Source: a virus. Taken from it: a stretch of DNA of 30,697 bases. The position numbers and the translations under genes are program-made. Where the stretch lies: UHGV virus genome UHGV-1292713. One strand, written 5' to 3'. Shown here piece after piece: positions 16,164 to 30,252 of the stretch (positions within the stretch are counted from its first letter, which is position 1; each line of letters opens with the position of its first letter). Under the pieces are notes generated by a model. That model searched no databases. It was given only the letters and a program-made list of their open reading frames with translations, and had not been told where the DNA came from.

Positions 16164-17117
16164 ATGCGGGCGAAACTTCTGGGAATAGTTCTGACAACCC
16201 CTATTGCGATCAGCTCTTTTGCTTCTACCGAGACTATATCGTTTACTCCTGACAACATCAATGCGGACATTAGTCTTGGAACTCTGAGCGGAAAAACAAA
16301 AGAGCGCGTTTATCTAGCTGAAGAAGGAGGCCGAAAAGTCAGTCAACTCGACTGGAAATTCAATAACGCTGCAATTATTAAAGGTGCAATTAATTGGGAT
16401 TTGATGCCCCAGATATCTATTGGGGCTGCGGGCTGGACTACTCTCGGCAGCCGAGGTGGCAATATGGTCGATCAGGACTGGATGGATTCCAGTAACCCCG
16501 GAACCTGGACAGATGAAAGTAGGCACCCTGATACACAACTCAATTATGCCAACGAATTTGATCTGAATATCAAAGGCTGGCTCCTCAACGAACCCAATTA
16601 CCGCCTGGGACTCATGGCCGGATATCAGGAAAGCCGTTATAGCTTTACAGCCAGAGGTGGTTCCTATATCTACAGTTCTGAGGAGGGATTCAGAGATGAT
16701 ATCGGCTCCTTCCCGAATGGAGAAAGAGCAATCGGCTACAAACAACGTTTTAAAATGCCCTACATTGGCTTGACTGGAAGTTATCGTTATGAAGATTTTG
16801 AGCTAGGTGGCACATTTAAATACAGCGGCTGGGTGGAAGCATCTGATAACGATGAGCACTATGACCCAGGAAAAAGAATCACTTATCGCAGTAAAGTCAA
16901 AGACCAAAATTACTATTCTGTTGCAGTCAATGCAGGTTATTACGTAACACCTAACGCAAAGGTTTATGTTGAAGGCGCATGGAATCGGGTTACGAATAAA
17001 AAAGGTAATACTTCACTTTATGATCACAATGATAACACTTCAGACTACAGCAAAAATGGTGCAGGCATAGAAAACTATAACTTCATCACTACTGCTGGTC
17101 TTAAGTACACCTTTTAA
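16164..17117 (+). CDS. ompT: Outer membrane protease OmpT (omptin family)
   Basis: 317-aa ORF with signal peptide; sequence matches my recollection of E. coli OmpT essentially throughout. Confidence 0.9.
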   Translation: MRAKLLGIVLTTPIAISSFASTETISFTPDNINADISLGTLSGKTKERVYLAEEGGRKVSQLDWKFNNAAIIKGAINWDLMPQISIGAAGWTTLGSRGGNMVDQDWMDSSNPGTWTDESRHPDTQLNYANEFDLNIKGWLLNEPNYRLGLMAGYQESRYSFTARGGSYIYSSEEGFRDDIGSFPNGERAIGYKQRFKMPYIGLTGSYRYEDFELGGTFKYSGWVEASDNDEHYDPGKRITYRSKVKDQNYYSVAVNAGYYVTPNAKVYVEGAWNRVTNKKGNTSLYDHNDNTSDYSKNGAGIENYNFITTAGLKYTF

Positions 17118-17303
17118 CGAAGTTAACCAGATTTTCTCCCCGGTGGTATTGTATAACCCCGGGGAATTTGTTTACAGTTACAAGTAGGCAATATCCACTA
17201 ATTTTGTAAGCATTTAACCTATGTCATAACGTGTAATCTCTTACCGCAACACAAGACCTCAATATATTCAAATCTTATCTTTATTCCGATATTCAGAGAC
17301 ACA

Positions 17304-18788
17304 ATGCGAAAAATAATTACTCATTTCAAAGTTGTTTTAACGTTACTTCTACCAGTAACCGTATCTGCCCAGCAGATACAGTGGCAATCCTGTATGGCCA
17401 GTCAATTCAACCACTGGTTTGGTGAGGAAAAACCGTCTCCTGACTTACTATGTGGTTATTTGTCTGTTCCATTAAAATATACAGACACAGGCGGAGATGC
17501 TTCTTATGAAAAAAAATCACAAGTCAAACTAGCGTTGACAAAATTGCCGGCAAAAAGCAAGCATAAAGGAAGTATCCTGATAATAAGTGGTGGTCCCGGG
17601 TTACCAGGCATAAATCCTTATATTAACTTTGACTGGCCAGTCACAAATCTTCGTGAGTCATGGGATATTATTGGATTTGATCCTCGAGGCGTCGGACAGT
17701 CCACTCCGACAATAAACTGCCGGCAATCAGATACAGAGACTCAGGAAAACATAACCGAAAAGCAACAAGTATTAAATAAAATTAATGCCTGTATCCATAA
17801 TACCGGAGCCGAAGTCATTCGCCATATCGGCTCTAACGAGGCTGTATACGATATTGATCGTATTAGGCAAGCCTTGGGGGATAAACAACTGACAGCCGTG
17901 GCGTATTCGTATGGAACTCAAATTGCAGCCTTATATGCAGAACGTTTTCCCTACAACGTAAGATCTATCGTTCTTGATGGAGTCGTCGATATCGATGACC
18001 TGGAGGACAACTTCACATGGCAACTCAAACAGGCACAGAGTTATCAGGAAACGTTTGATCGCTTTGCATCCTGGTGTGCGCGTACAAAAAGTTGCCCGCT
18101 TTCTTCAGACAGAGATAAGGCAATAACTCAGTTCCATGAGCTATTATCAAAATTACATCACAAACCTTTATTAGACAGTAAGGGAGAAAATATATCTTCA
18201 GATGAACTCATATCATTAACAACAGACCTTCTGCTATGGCGTTCATCATGGCCAACCCTTGCAACTGCCATACGCCAGTTCTCTCAGGGGATTGTCAGTA
18301 ATGAAATTGAAACTGCGCTCAGTGCTCCGATAGCCTCAGAAGAGTCAAGCGATGCTTCGGGGGTAATCCTCTGTGTAGATCAGGGGGATGAGCAATTAAC
18401 ACCAGAAGAGCGAAAATCCCGAAAAGACGCTCTTGCGAATGCCTTCCCGGCTATTAACTTTGACAATGGACGTTCCGATTCACCTGATTTTTGTGAATTA
18501 TGGCCAATACATAGCGACCTGAACAAAACTCGCCTGAAAAATACTGTTCTGCCCTCTGGTTTACTGTTTGTAGCACACAAATACGACCCAACAACGCCCT
18601 GGATTAATGCCCGTAAGATGGCAGAGAAATTTTCCAGCCCGTTACTAACAATAAATGGTGATGGGCATACATTAGCTCTCACCGGAGTTAATTTATGTGT
18701 AGATAAAGCAGTTGTACATCACCTGATCACTCCACAAAAAATAGAAAATATATACTGCCCAGGAAATTCTGAAGCAGAAATACAATAA
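17304..18788 (+). CDS. Secreted alpha/beta-fold hydrolase (S33/TAP-like peptidase family)
   Basis: 494-aa ORF with N-terminal signal peptide (…LLLPVTVSAQQ); nucleophile elbow Y-S-Y-G-T; family call is approximate. Confidence 0.6.
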   Translation: MRKIITHFKVVLTLLLPVTVSAQQIQWQSCMASQFNHWFGEEKPSPDLLCGYLSVPLKYTDTGGDASYEKKSQVKLALTKLPAKSKHKGSILIISGGPGLPGINPYINFDWPVTNLRESWDIIGFDPRGVGQSTPTINCRQSDTETQENITEKQQVLNKINACIHNTGAEVIRHIGSNEAVYDIDRIRQALGDKQLTAVAYSYGTQIAALYAERFPYNVRSIVLDGVVDIDDLEDNFTWQLKQAQSYQETFDRFASWCARTKSCPLSSDRDKAITQFHELLSKLHHKPLLDSKGENISSDELISLTTDLLLWRSSWPTLATAIRQFSQGIVSNEIETALSAPIASEESSDASGVILCVDQGDEQLTPEERKSRKDALANAFPAINFDNGRSDSPDFCELWPIHSDLNKTRLKNTVLPSGLLFVAHKYDPTTPWINARKMAEKFSSPLLTINGDGHTLALTGVNLCVDKAVVHHLITPQKIENIYCPGNSEAEIQ

Positions 18789-18809
18789 TTTCAAAATATT
18801 CCGCTATTT

Positions 18810-18858
18810 GCTCCCAATGCAAAACATATATTGCATTGGGAGCATATTCATATTTTTG
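18810..18858 (+). terminator. Rho-independent terminator after the hydrolase gene
   Basis: Perfect 12-bp stem gctcccaatgca / tgcattgggagc (18810-18821, 18832-18843) followed by a T-rich tract. Confidence 0.55.
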
Positions 18859-18971
18859 TTATTATTGTATGAAATCGTCTCATGTACACGGTCCTTTTTT
18901 CGCCGAAAACTGATATTACTTTAATCAAAAGTTGACGTGCCAGATTCGAAGTAAATTTATAAAATATCAAA

Positions 18972-19277
18972 TCAATATACATTTTGCACCTTCGAGATAG
19001 TAATGACTGTTACTGTAACATGAGTTACAAACAGCTTCATACCCAGAGCTACTGATGTATCAACTCGATTCAACAATACCCGATATTTATTCCATGCCTC
19101 CAGCAACGATCTTTCTTCCTCCGTTGCGATTTCCAGATCTACAGCATCCTGCAGTGGCGCAATATACTCACTGAATTCCTGGATGTAGAACTGTGTAGTG
19201 ACGGTCTTCCAGCCATTCGGCTCCTGCTGTATCGAAGCATACCAGGCTATTTCAATATCGCTATGCTGCGGCAGCAT
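18972..19277 (-). pseudogene. Tail fibre assembly protein remnant (C-terminal fragment, tfaX-like)
   Basis: The 101-aa ORF shares the C-terminal segment [14 protein letters not shown]...[17 protein letters not shown] with the intact tfa at 21790..22365; lacks the N-terminal domain. Confidence 0.65.
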
Positions 19278-19333
19278 TTAACCCCTTGTAATTCATCGCC
19301 ATAATTGATTTAATTCACAAATAAAACTATAAC

Positions 19334-20002
19334 ATGGTGAAATTAATGAAAAAAAACACAGATGATGGGGCTAAAATTTACACACCACTTACCCTAAAGC
19401 TTTATGACTGGTGGGTTTTGGGAGTATCAAATCGGCTTGCATGGGGATGTCCTACAAAGGAACACCTTCTTCCACACTTTCTGGAACATTTAGGTAACAA
19501 CCATCTGGATATTGGTGTTGGAACTGGGTTTTACCTTACTCACGTACCTGAGAGTAGTCTGATATCTTTAATGGATTTGAACGAAGCTAGCCTGAACGCG
19601 GCATCTACAAGGGCTGGGGAATCAAAAATTAAACATAAAATTAACCATGATGTTTTTGAACCTTATCCCGCGGCGTTACATGGTCAATTTGATTCCATTT
19701 CCATGTTTTACCTTCTTCACTGCCTGCCTGGAAATATATCTACAAAAAGCTGTGTAATACGCAATGCGGCGCAGGCCTTAACTGACGATGGAACTCTATA
19801 CGGAGCCACAATTCTTGGCGATGGAGTTGTGCACAATAGCTTCGGTCAAAAACTGATGCGCATTTACAATCAGAAAGGCATCTTTTCAAACACAAAAGAT
19901 TCCGAAGAAGGCTTAACACATATACTCTCAGAGCATTTCGAGAATGTTAAAACCAAGGTTCAAGGTACTGTAGTAATGTTTTCCGCTTCAGGGAAAAAAT
20001 AG
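19334..20002 (+). CDS. Class I SAM-dependent methyltransferase (YbcY-like by recollection)
   Basis: 222-aa ORF with motif I LDIGVGTGFY. Confidence 0.7.
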   Translation: MVKLMKKNTDDGAKIYTPLTLKLYDWWVLGVSNRLAWGCPTKEHLLPHFLEHLGNNHLDIGVGTGFYLTHVPESSLISLMDLNEASLNAASTRAGESKIKHKINHDVFEPYPAALHGQFDSISMFYLLHCLPGNISTKSCVIRNAAQALTDDGTLYGATILGDGVVHNSFGQKLMRIYNQKGIFSNTKDSEEGLTHILSEHFENVKTKVQGTVVMFSASGKK

Positions 20003-20007
20003 CATCC

Positions 20008-20048
20008 AACCGCAGCACGTTCTTGCATAAGGCGTGTCTGCGGTTTTT
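20008..20048 (+). terminator. Rho-independent terminator after the SAM-MTase gene
   Basis: accgcagcacg / cgtgtctgcggt hairpin (one bulge) followed by T5. Confidence 0.55.
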
Positions 20049-20549
20049 CAACTATTCAGATACATCACTCCCATCACATTCATTCCTCCGCATCATAGGC
20101 ATATAGACTATATCACCTTGATATTTTTCTTCTTCAGATAAAAACTGTTATCTATGTATACTTTTAAACCCAATCCGTGTAGAGTCTCTGCATAAGATAG
20201 TTTGCAGTTGCCACTTCAGCTTGCGCCATAAACCGCCTGATTTTTGCTGCCACCTGTTAGCATTCCTGTATACCTGAAACGACAATGTTTATCTACGAAC
20301 TTTAAGAACCCCCAGGATAAAAATTGTCAACTATATCATATATAACACATTACTAATTCGAGGCTATATGAACAGCATACTGATAATCACTTCGCTCCTT
20401 ATCATATTCAGCATTTTTAGTCATGCTCTAATAAAATTAGGGATTGGCATATCCAATAACCCAGACAAAACCGATGTATAAGTCAACATATACTGAATCA
20501 GACATACAATATCGCAATGAAAATCAATAATATTTTAAGGAATATCTTC

Positions 20550-20783
20550 ATGAAATCAAAAGACACCCTAAAGTGGTTCCCTGCGCAGCTTCCTGAAGTA
20601 AGAATTATCCTAGGGGATGCTGTAATGGAAGTAGCAAAACAGGGAAGACCTATCAATACCAGAACATTGCTTGATCACATTGAAGGAAACATAAAGAAAA
20701 AGTCATGGCTGGATAACAAAGAATTATTACAAACAGCGATATCAGTTCTTAAAGACAACAAAAATTTAAATGGTAAAATGTAA
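20550..20783 (+). CDS. Small hypothetical protein in AT-rich gene-poor segment
   Basis: Start assigned to ATG 20550 (MKSKDTLKW...) with AAGGA Shine-Dalgarno 8 nt upstream; 77 aa; no recognisable motif. Confidence 0.3.
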   Translation: MKSKDTLKWFPAQLPEVRIILGDAVMEVAKQGRPINTRTLLDHIEGNIKKKSWLDNKELLQTAISVLKDNKNLNGKM

Positions 20784-21101
20784 TATAATAAACTTACTTT
20801 TTTATCATTTTTCCACTTTAACAACATTTTGCTCCACTTTTCCACGACCAAACAACTTGAAATCTGGTTAAAATAACACGCAACACTATTCTTCTTCCTT
20901 GAGTCCGCCCGGAACTCGAAAAACAAACCGAGTTAAGGCCATTTTTCACAAAATCGATTTTGGATCTCACCAAAATTACGGGGTTGCATACGCATTCGTT
21001 TATTTTCGAACGTGTACATACAAATATGTACAAAAATAATCAAAATTATTTTCTGAGATGCATTATGATATGTACACCAATTTCGTATAGAAGATCTCAC
21101 T

Positions 21102-21692
21102 ATGTCTCGAATTTATGCTTACTGTCGGGTATCAACTCTGGAACAAACAACCAAAAATCAACGTCGGGAAATCGAAAGTGCAGGTTTTAACATCAAATCT
21201 CAGCAAATAATTGAAGAACAAATTAGCGGCTCAGCAGCAACCAGTGAGCGTCCTGGTTTTAACCAGTTGCTTGATCGACTGAAAAGAGGTGATGCATTGA
21301 TTGTCACAAAACTGGATCGCCTCGGTTGTAATCCAATGGATATCAGTAAAACGGTGGAACAACTGACCAAAGCAGGTATCAAAGTGCATTGCTTAGCATT
21401 GGGGGGCGTTGACCTGACCAGTCCACCTGGAAAAATGATGATGCAAGTAATTTCAGCAGTCGCTGAATTTGAGCGAGACCTTTTACTTGAGCGTACTCAT
21501 TCAGGGATATTAAGAGCACGGGGCGCAGGAAAGCGATTTGGTCGCCCACCTGTGTTAAATGATGAACAAATACAGAGGGTACTAGAGCAAATTAAGTCAG
21601 GTATAAATATAAGTGACATTGCCCAAGAATTCAAAACCTCGCGGCAAACCATTTTAAGAGCTAAAGCAAAAAATCAGACACCTGATATATAA
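21102..21692 (+). CDS. Serine recombinase (resolvase/invertase family, Pin/Gin/Hin-like)
   Basis: 196-aa ORF; N-terminal catalytic region YCRVSTLEQ, resolvase core and C-terminal HTH; located beside the tail fibre / tfa genes. Confidence 0.85.
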   Translation: MSRIYAYCRVSTLEQTTKNQRREIESAGFNIKSQQIIEEQISGSAATSERPGFNQLLDRLKRGDALIVTKLDRLGCNPMDISKTVEQLTKAGIKVHCLALGGVDLTSPPGKMMMQVISAVAEFERDLLLERTHSGILRARGAGKRFGRPPVLNDEQIQRVLEQIKSGINISDIAQEFKTSRQTILRAKAKNQTPDI

Positions 21693-21789
21693 AAATAATC
21701 TCGGTGTGAGATTCCTTACGTTTTCCAAGCCCCCCTTCCTAGCCTTAAATGGAAAGATACTTCTAATTATAGAATTTATATATCTTACC

Positions 21790-22365
21790 CTACGGTAGGG
21801 CTGGCCATTCAATATCCGGTGCAGTTGATGTATCAACACGATTCAGCAACACCCGATACTTTTTCCAGGCTTCCAGCAACAAGGTTTCTTTCTCCGTTGC
21901 GATCTCCAGATCCACAGCATCCTGAAGCGGCGCTATATGCTCACTGGCTACCTGCATCAGGCTGTTTTTTGTTTCTTCCGCCTCCCGGATCCGGAACAGT
22001 TTTTCTGCTTCCGTATCCTTCACCCAGGCTGTGCCGTTCCACTTCTGAAACTCCCCTTCCGGGGATAACCAGGTGACATTTTCCGGTAATGAGCCGAGTT
22101 CAGAAATAAATAACGCGTCGCCGGAAGCCACGTCATAAACCGTTTTACCCCGATGATCTTCAACGAGATGCCACGATGACTCATCACTGTTGAAAACAGC
22201 CACGAAACCAGCCGGAATATCTGGCGGTGCAATATCGGTACTGTTTGCTGGCAGACCTGTATGAGGCGGAATATATGCATCACCTTCACCAATAAATTCA
22301 TTAGTTCCGGACAGCAGATTATAAATTTTTATGGTCCGTGGTTGTTCACTCATTCTGAATGCCAT
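21790..22365 (-). CDS. tfa: Tail fibre assembly protein (Tfa)
   Basis: 191-aa ORF overlapping the stf stop (TAATG); conserved Tfa C-terminus. Confidence 0.8.
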   Translation of the reverse strand: MAFRMSEQPRTIKIYNLLSGTNEFIGEGDAYIPPHTGLPANSTDIAPPDIPAGFVAVFNSDESSWHLVEDHRGKTVYDVASGDALFISELGSLPENVTWLSPEGEFQKWNGTAWVKDTEAEKLFRIREAEETKNSLMQVASEHIAPLQDAVDLEIATEKETLLLEAWKKYRVLLNRVDTSTAPDIEWPALP

Positions 22366-25300
22366 TATGCAAGCCTCACAATATAGTTAAATGCGATGTT
22401 TTTGACGGTGTTTTCCGCGTTACCAGCAGCGTTAACGGTGATGGTGTGTCCATGTGAGCCAATCGCAACCGAGTGCGTATGAGCACCAATACCGACAGTA
22501 TGTGCGTGAGCACCTGCAGATGCAGCTGTGCCGCTGACACTATGAGTGTGCGCTCCTGCAGCACTTGTATTCACACTGGCCGCAGACACTACCTTATGTA
22601 CTGACCCATTTTGTGACCACTGGCTGACTGCTGATGCGCCTGTGACACTATGAGTATGGTTTCCGGCACTTGCGGCTGTACCGCTCACACTGTGCGTATG
22701 CGCCCCGATGTTATTCGTGGATTTAGTGCCGTAATCAAACGACGATGTGGTTTTCGTCCCCAAATCCGTACTGGATGCGCTGGCGCTGTGGGTGTGCGAT
22801 TTAATGCCGTCCTGTTCCTGAGACAATACAGCCCGACCACTGGCAGGTTTGCCCTTAATCGTCCAGCCACGCATATCAGGGATCACGCCTGACGGATAAG
22901 CGGCTGCAAGTTTCGGGTATGCAGATTTGTCAAAAGTCTGCCCCTGCATCAGGGCATAACCAGACGGAACGGTATCTGATGGCCACGGGATTGGTGCACC
23001 GACTGGATAAAACTCTGCAGGAGGATGAGCTGAGGTGTAAAGCTGCGCCCACGGCGACCAGTTTGCGTCGGTCGTATCCCGTCGTGAACGAATAAATGCC
23101 GGAGCATGAGCACCGCTTGTACCACTCCAGCCGATGAGTAACTCACCTTCGCCAACGGCTGTCATCCCTTTCAGGTGAATGATATTTCCATACACTGTTG
23201 GATATCCGTTGTTATACACCTCGTATAACTCAAGACCTGTTGCCCCCTGCGTATTGTCTGTCAGCGCGATTACCCGACCTTTTGAAGCCAGATTAACTGA
23301 TGATACTGCTGTTCCACCTGACGGTAACGCCCCGATCTCTGATGCCGTTGGCTTATTTCTGGAGTTATAGTCCCTTCGCCAGCCAGGTGAATAATCTGTT
23401 CCGTGATTAATATAGGTAAGCTGAGCGTTAGTTGTTCCACCACCAGTGGAGGTGGTCGGTGTGGTAATGCGGATCGTCATCGCTGACTTTATCCCCATTA
23501 CTTCAATGACAGCTCCGGCGAGATGAATATTACCGCAGCCAGTATCAGTAATGATTTTATTATTGCCATAAGACCAGGAACCCTTGCACATCCAGTATGG
23601 ATGGTTAAATGCTCCCTGAGAATCCAGCCACTCGATAAACTGTGCAGTCGTCCAGTCTCCTGTTGTTGTGCTTACTGACCCACAGAAGGCGCGGCAGGCA
23701 CCAATATTTTTCGTAAAGGTGTCTTTGCCAGGGATATCCGCACCGTTCTGATCTTTCTGCAGACGTTTCTCAGCATTGTCATTGGCTGCTTTTACTGCCT
23801 TTGGCGTTGCCGCCAGCGTTTCAGACGTGCTGTTGGTCGCGCTGCTGAGCTGAACTATCCCTTTCTGTGCTGTCGTTGCATCCTGTGCGGTGTATTTCCC
23901 GTTAGCCAGGTCATACGCGGCCTTAACTGCTTTTGGCGTTGCCGCCAGTGACTCGGAAGTGCTGTCGATCGCACTGCTGAGCTGTACTATCCCCTTTTTC
24001 GTCGTGCTCGCATCCTCAAGCGCCACGGCGGATGCAATATCCTCTGCCCGTTTTGCTGCTGTCTCAGCGCGCGTTGCCGCGGATTCTGCTGTACTTTTGC
24101 TCTGTGCTGCCGCCGTCGCACTGCCAGCTGCCTCTGTCGCCTTCGTGGATGCCGTCGTGGCGCTGCCCTTCGCTGCTGACGCCTGTCTGGTCGCCTCATC
24201 TTTTGAAGCAGACGCAGATGATGCCGATGACGCCGCCGAACTGGCTGACGATGCGGCTGCCGTTTTTGAGGATTCTGCACTGGTTTCCGACGCTTTCGCA
24301 TTCGTTTCGGATGTCTTCGCTGCGGATGCAGACCTCGCTGCTGCGCTGGCCTGTTCAGCGGCTTCGCCAGCCTTCGTTGTAGCTGTTGAAGCGGACGATG
24401 CAGCGCTTTCTGCCGATTTTCCGGCGGCAGTGGCACTGGCTGAGGCCTGCCCGGCACTTGTTGACGCTGCACTGGCAGACGACGCAGCCGCTGTTTTTGA
24501 GCCTGCTGCTGCGGAGGCACTCTGTTCCGCTGCCGTTTCAGAAGCCTTGGCGTTCGTCTCGGACGTTTTTGCCGCCTTCGCGGAATTTCCTGCCGCCGTA
24601 GCCGAGGAAGCTGCGCTGCTGGCGCTCGAGGCTGCGTTCGTTTCTGATGATTTTGCCGCCTCTTTTGAAGCCGACGCATCCCGTGCTGAAGTGGCTGCTT
24701 CTGACGCTTTCGTGGTCGCGGTGGATGCAGAAGTGGCTGCTGATTGTTGTGACGCTGCCGCATTCGTTTCTGACGTTTTTGCCGTAGCGGCACTGGTGGC
24801 CGCCGCGCTTTTTGAGGACTCTGCAGCGGCAGCACTTTTTGATGCTTCAGTGGCCTTTGCTGATGCCGTTCCTGCGCTGGAAGACGCTGACTGAGCCGAC
24901 GAAGCGGCCTGTCCGGCTGACGTGCTGGCTGCGCGTGCTGAGCCTGCAGCATCAGTCGCATGGGTTGCCGCCTCACGGGCTGATGTGCTGGCATCGCTGG
25001 CTGACTTCTTCGCGGCTGCTGTGTTCTGTGCCACCGCGGACGCGTTACGCGCCACCTCTTCCACCATCAGTTCAAAACGTCTCAGTGCCTCCGGACGGGC
25101 ATCATCCTCCGTCATGGCACCGAGAAAATCATTCAGCGTACCGGGTTGAGAATCTTCATACACGGTGATGGTCCCGGCATGTGACGGCGGGAATCCCTCC
25201 ACCAACAGAATAACGCTGTACTGACCGTACTCAACGTCCATACTGTAACGCCCGGCTTCATCCGGATTTTCTGAGGCCAGCGTGTTCACCACCACCGTGT

Positions 25301-25391
25301 TGCTGTTACGTTTTGCTTTCAGCTGGATTGTGCAGTTCTGTACCGGTTTTCCTGTGCCGTCTTTCAGTACACCTGAAATCTTTACTGCCAT
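22365..25391 (-). CDS. stf: Side tail fibre protein (lambda Stf-like), with Ala/Ser-rich repeat region and C-terminal HTHS repeats
   Basis: Start assigned to ATG 25391 ([12 protein letters not shown]..., as in lambda Stf as I recall it); the ORF track begins 2 codons upstream at a GTG. Long Ala/Ser/Thr-rich low-complexity core and GAHTHSVSG repeats near the C-terminus. Confidence 0.85.
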   Translation of the reverse strand: MAVKISGVLKDGTGKPVQNCTIQLKAKRNSNTVVVNTLASENPDEAGRYSMDVEYGQYSVILLVEGFPPSHAGTITVYEDSQPGTLNDFLGAMTEDDARPEALRRFELMVEEVARNASAVAQNTAAAKKSASDASTSAREAATHATDAAGSARAASTSAGQAASSAQSASSSAGTASAKATEASKSAAAAESSKSAAATSAATAKTSETNAAASQQSAATSASTATTKASEAATSARDASASKEAAKSSETNAASSASSAASSATAAGNSAKAAKTSETNAKASETAAEQSASAAAGSKTAAASSASAASTSAGQASASATAAGKSAESAASSASTATTKAGEAAEQASAAARSASAAKTSETNAKASETSAESSKTAAASSASSAASSASSASASKDEATRQASAAKGSATTASTKATEAAGSATAAAQSKSTAESAATRAETAAKRAEDIASAVALEDASTTKKGIVQLSSAIDSTSESLAATPKAVKAAYDLANGKYTAQDATTAQKGIVQLSSATNSTSETLAATPKAVKAANDNAEKRLQKDQNGADIPGKDTFTKNIGACRAFCGSVSTTTGDWTTAQFIEWLDSQGAFNHPYWMCKGSWSYGNNKIITDTGCGNIHLAGAVIEVMGIKSAMTIRITTPTTSTGGGTTNAQLTYINHGTDYSPGWRRDYNSRNKPTASEIGALPSGGTAVSSVNLASKGRVIALTDNTQGATGLELYEVYNNGYPTVYGNIIHLKGMTAVGEGELLIGWSGTSGAHAPAFIRSRRDTTDANWSPWAQLYTSAHPPAEFYPVGAPIPWPSDTVPSGYALMQGQTFDKSAYPKLAAAYPSGVIPDMRGWTIKGKPASGRAVLSQEQDGIKSHTHSASASSTDLGTKTTSSFDYGTKSTNNIGAHTHSVSGTAASAGNHTHSVTGASAVSQWSQNGSVHKVVSAASVNTSAAGAHTHSVSGTAASAGAHAHTVGIGAHTHSVAIGSHGHTITVNAAGNAENTVKNIAFNYIVRLA

Positions 25392-25402
25392 ATTCACCCC
25401 AC

Positions 25403-25428
25403 AAAAAAGCCCGCCTGAACCGGCGGGC
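25403..25428 (-). terminator. Rho-independent terminator between lom and stf
   Basis: gcccgcc-ggttca-ggcgggc hairpin on the minus strand followed by T6 (plus-strand A-run 25403-25408). Confidence 0.6.
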
Positions 25429-25455
25429 TGTCATAACACTGTGTTACCTGGCTAA

Positions 25456-26055
25456 TCAGAATTTATAACCGACACCCACGATGAAACCGTCAGTGCGCCA
25501 GTCACCACTGCCTGAGCCTTCATAAGCAATATCAATGGCCACGGATTCGGTCGGGTTAAACTGCACGCCAGCCCCCCACGCCAGAGACGTGTTGCTGTGG
25601 CGACCGTCATCACTTCCGGTCAGCACATCGTGCTTTTTCCCCTTGTTGTCAGTTACGCGGATATAATCTCCGGAGAAAGTCGAAACACGGCTGTAAGCCA
25701 CACCCGCCATCGCATACGCGCTGAACCATTCATTCACGCGCACAGACGGCCCCGCCATCACGCTGAACCAGCGGTTACGCACGGAATCTTCATGCCAGCG
25801 GGTATCGCTGTAATGAGTCAGCTGGCGATTCTTGTCTTCTGCATAGCTGAATGACGTCACCATCCCCAGCGTGTCCGTAAACTCATAACGGTATTTCACG
25901 TTAATCCCGTTAAGATCATCACTGCCGGGAACGTTGGTCCGGGCATGAAGATACCCCGCGCTCAGCGTGGACTGATGTTCAGACGCCCATGCAGGCGCAC
26001 AGGATACGGCCAGACAAATGGCTGCGGACAAAATGGCGGCATAAAGTTTACGCAT
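25456..26055 (-). CDS. lom: Lom/Ail/PagC-family outer membrane beta-barrel protein
   Basis: 199-aa ORF with signal peptide; C-terminus AYEGSGSGDWRTDGFIVGVGYKF matches lambda Lom as I recall it; sits between J and stf as in lambda. Confidence 0.85.
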   Translation of the reverse strand: MRKLYAAILSAAICLAVSCAPAWASEHQSTLSAGYLHARTNVPGSDDLNGINVKYRYEFTDTLGMVTSFSYAEDKNRQLTHYSDTRWHEDSVRNRWFSVMAGPSVRVNEWFSAYAMAGVAYSRVSTFSGDYIRVTDNKGKKHDVLTGSDDGRHSNTSLAWGAGVQFNPTESVAIDIAYEGSGSGDWRTDGFIVGVGYKF

Positions 26056-26078
26056 AATTACCTCTCGCTTTTCTGCAA

Positions 26079-26103
26079 TAAAAAAGGCGTCATTTCTGAC
26101 GCC
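26079..26103 (-). terminator. Rho-independent terminator between J and lom
   Basis: ggcgtca-gaaa-tgacgcc hairpin on the minus strand followed by ttttttatt. Confidence 0.6.
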
Positions 26104-26121
26104 CGTTATGGGTTATAAAAT

Positions 26122-29523
<3,402 letters not shown>

Positions 29524-29580
29524 TCATGCTCCATAAACGATAAAACCGCCCGGAGGCGGTTTCACATAAAACATTTTGCA

Positions 29581-30252
29581 TCAGCGACCAATCACCACAA
29601 CCTGACCACCATCCCCTTCGTCTGCCGTGCTGATCTCCTGAGAAACCACGCGTGACCCCACGCGCATTTCACCGTACAGAACCGGCAGAACATTACCCTG
29701 GGCAACCATGTTATCCAGGGAGGAGAAATAGGTGTTCTGTTTGCCGTTATCCGTTGTCTGTGTACGGGGAGTTCTGGCTTTCGGTGCCAGCATCTGCGCC
29801 ACACCACCGAGCACCATACTGGCACCGAGAGAAAACAGGATGCCGGTCATACCACCGGCCCCAATGGCTGCCCCCCATGCTGCAAGGGTGGCTCCGGCGG
29901 TAAAGAATGATCCGGCAATGGCGGCAGCCCCCAGGACAATCTGGAATACGCCACCTGACTTGGCCCCGGCGACTCTGGGAACAATATGAATCACAGCGCC
30001 ATCAGGCAGAGTCTCATGTAACTGCGCCGTTAACCCGGACGTGCTGACGTCCCGCCCGGCAATCCGTACCTGATACCAGCCGTCGCTCAGTTTCTGACGA
30101 AACATCGGGAGCTGTGTGGCCAGTGCGCGGATGGCTTCAGCCCCCGTTTTCACACGAAGGTCGATGCGGCGGCCAAATCGTTGCAAATCCCCGTAAAGGC
30201 AGATGCGCGCCATGCCCGGTGACGCCAGAGGGAGTGTGTGCGTCGCTGCCAT
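29581..30252 (-). CDS. I: Tail assembly protein I
   Basis: 223-aa ORF, the same length as lambda I; glycine-rich hydrophobic C-terminal half; immediately upstream of J. Confidence 0.85.
   Translation of the reverse strand: MAATHTLPLASPGMARICLYGDLQRFGRRIDLRVKTGAEAIRALATQLPMFRQKLSDGWYQVRIAGRDVSTSGLTAQLHETLPDGAVIHIVPRVAGAKSGGVFQIVLGAAAIAGSFFTAGATLAAWGAAIGAGGMTGILFSLGASMVLGGVAQMLAPKARTPRTQTTDNGKQNTYFSSLDNMVAQGNVLPVLYGEMRVGSRVVSQEISTADEGDGGQVVVIGR

Noticed and set aside
15947-16270. 107-aa minus-strand ORF upstream of and overlapping the ompT start
   Set aside because: Translation of AT-rich promoter/leader DNA (Phe/Ile/Leu-rich string); overlaps the well-supported ompT start and signal peptide.
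21013-21032. Palindrome upstream of the invertase as a LexA (SOS) box
   Set aside because: The sequence is TGTACAT-N6-ATGTACA, not the CTGT-N8-ACAG LexA consensus.
23890-24994. Long ORFs on both strands (334 aa Ala-rich on plus; 335 aa Arg/Pro/Gln-rich on minus, alternate frame) inside the tail fibre gene
   Set aside because: Artefacts of the GC-rich, repetitive Ala/Ser codon tract of stf; their compositions are extreme and they fully overlap a well-supported gene.
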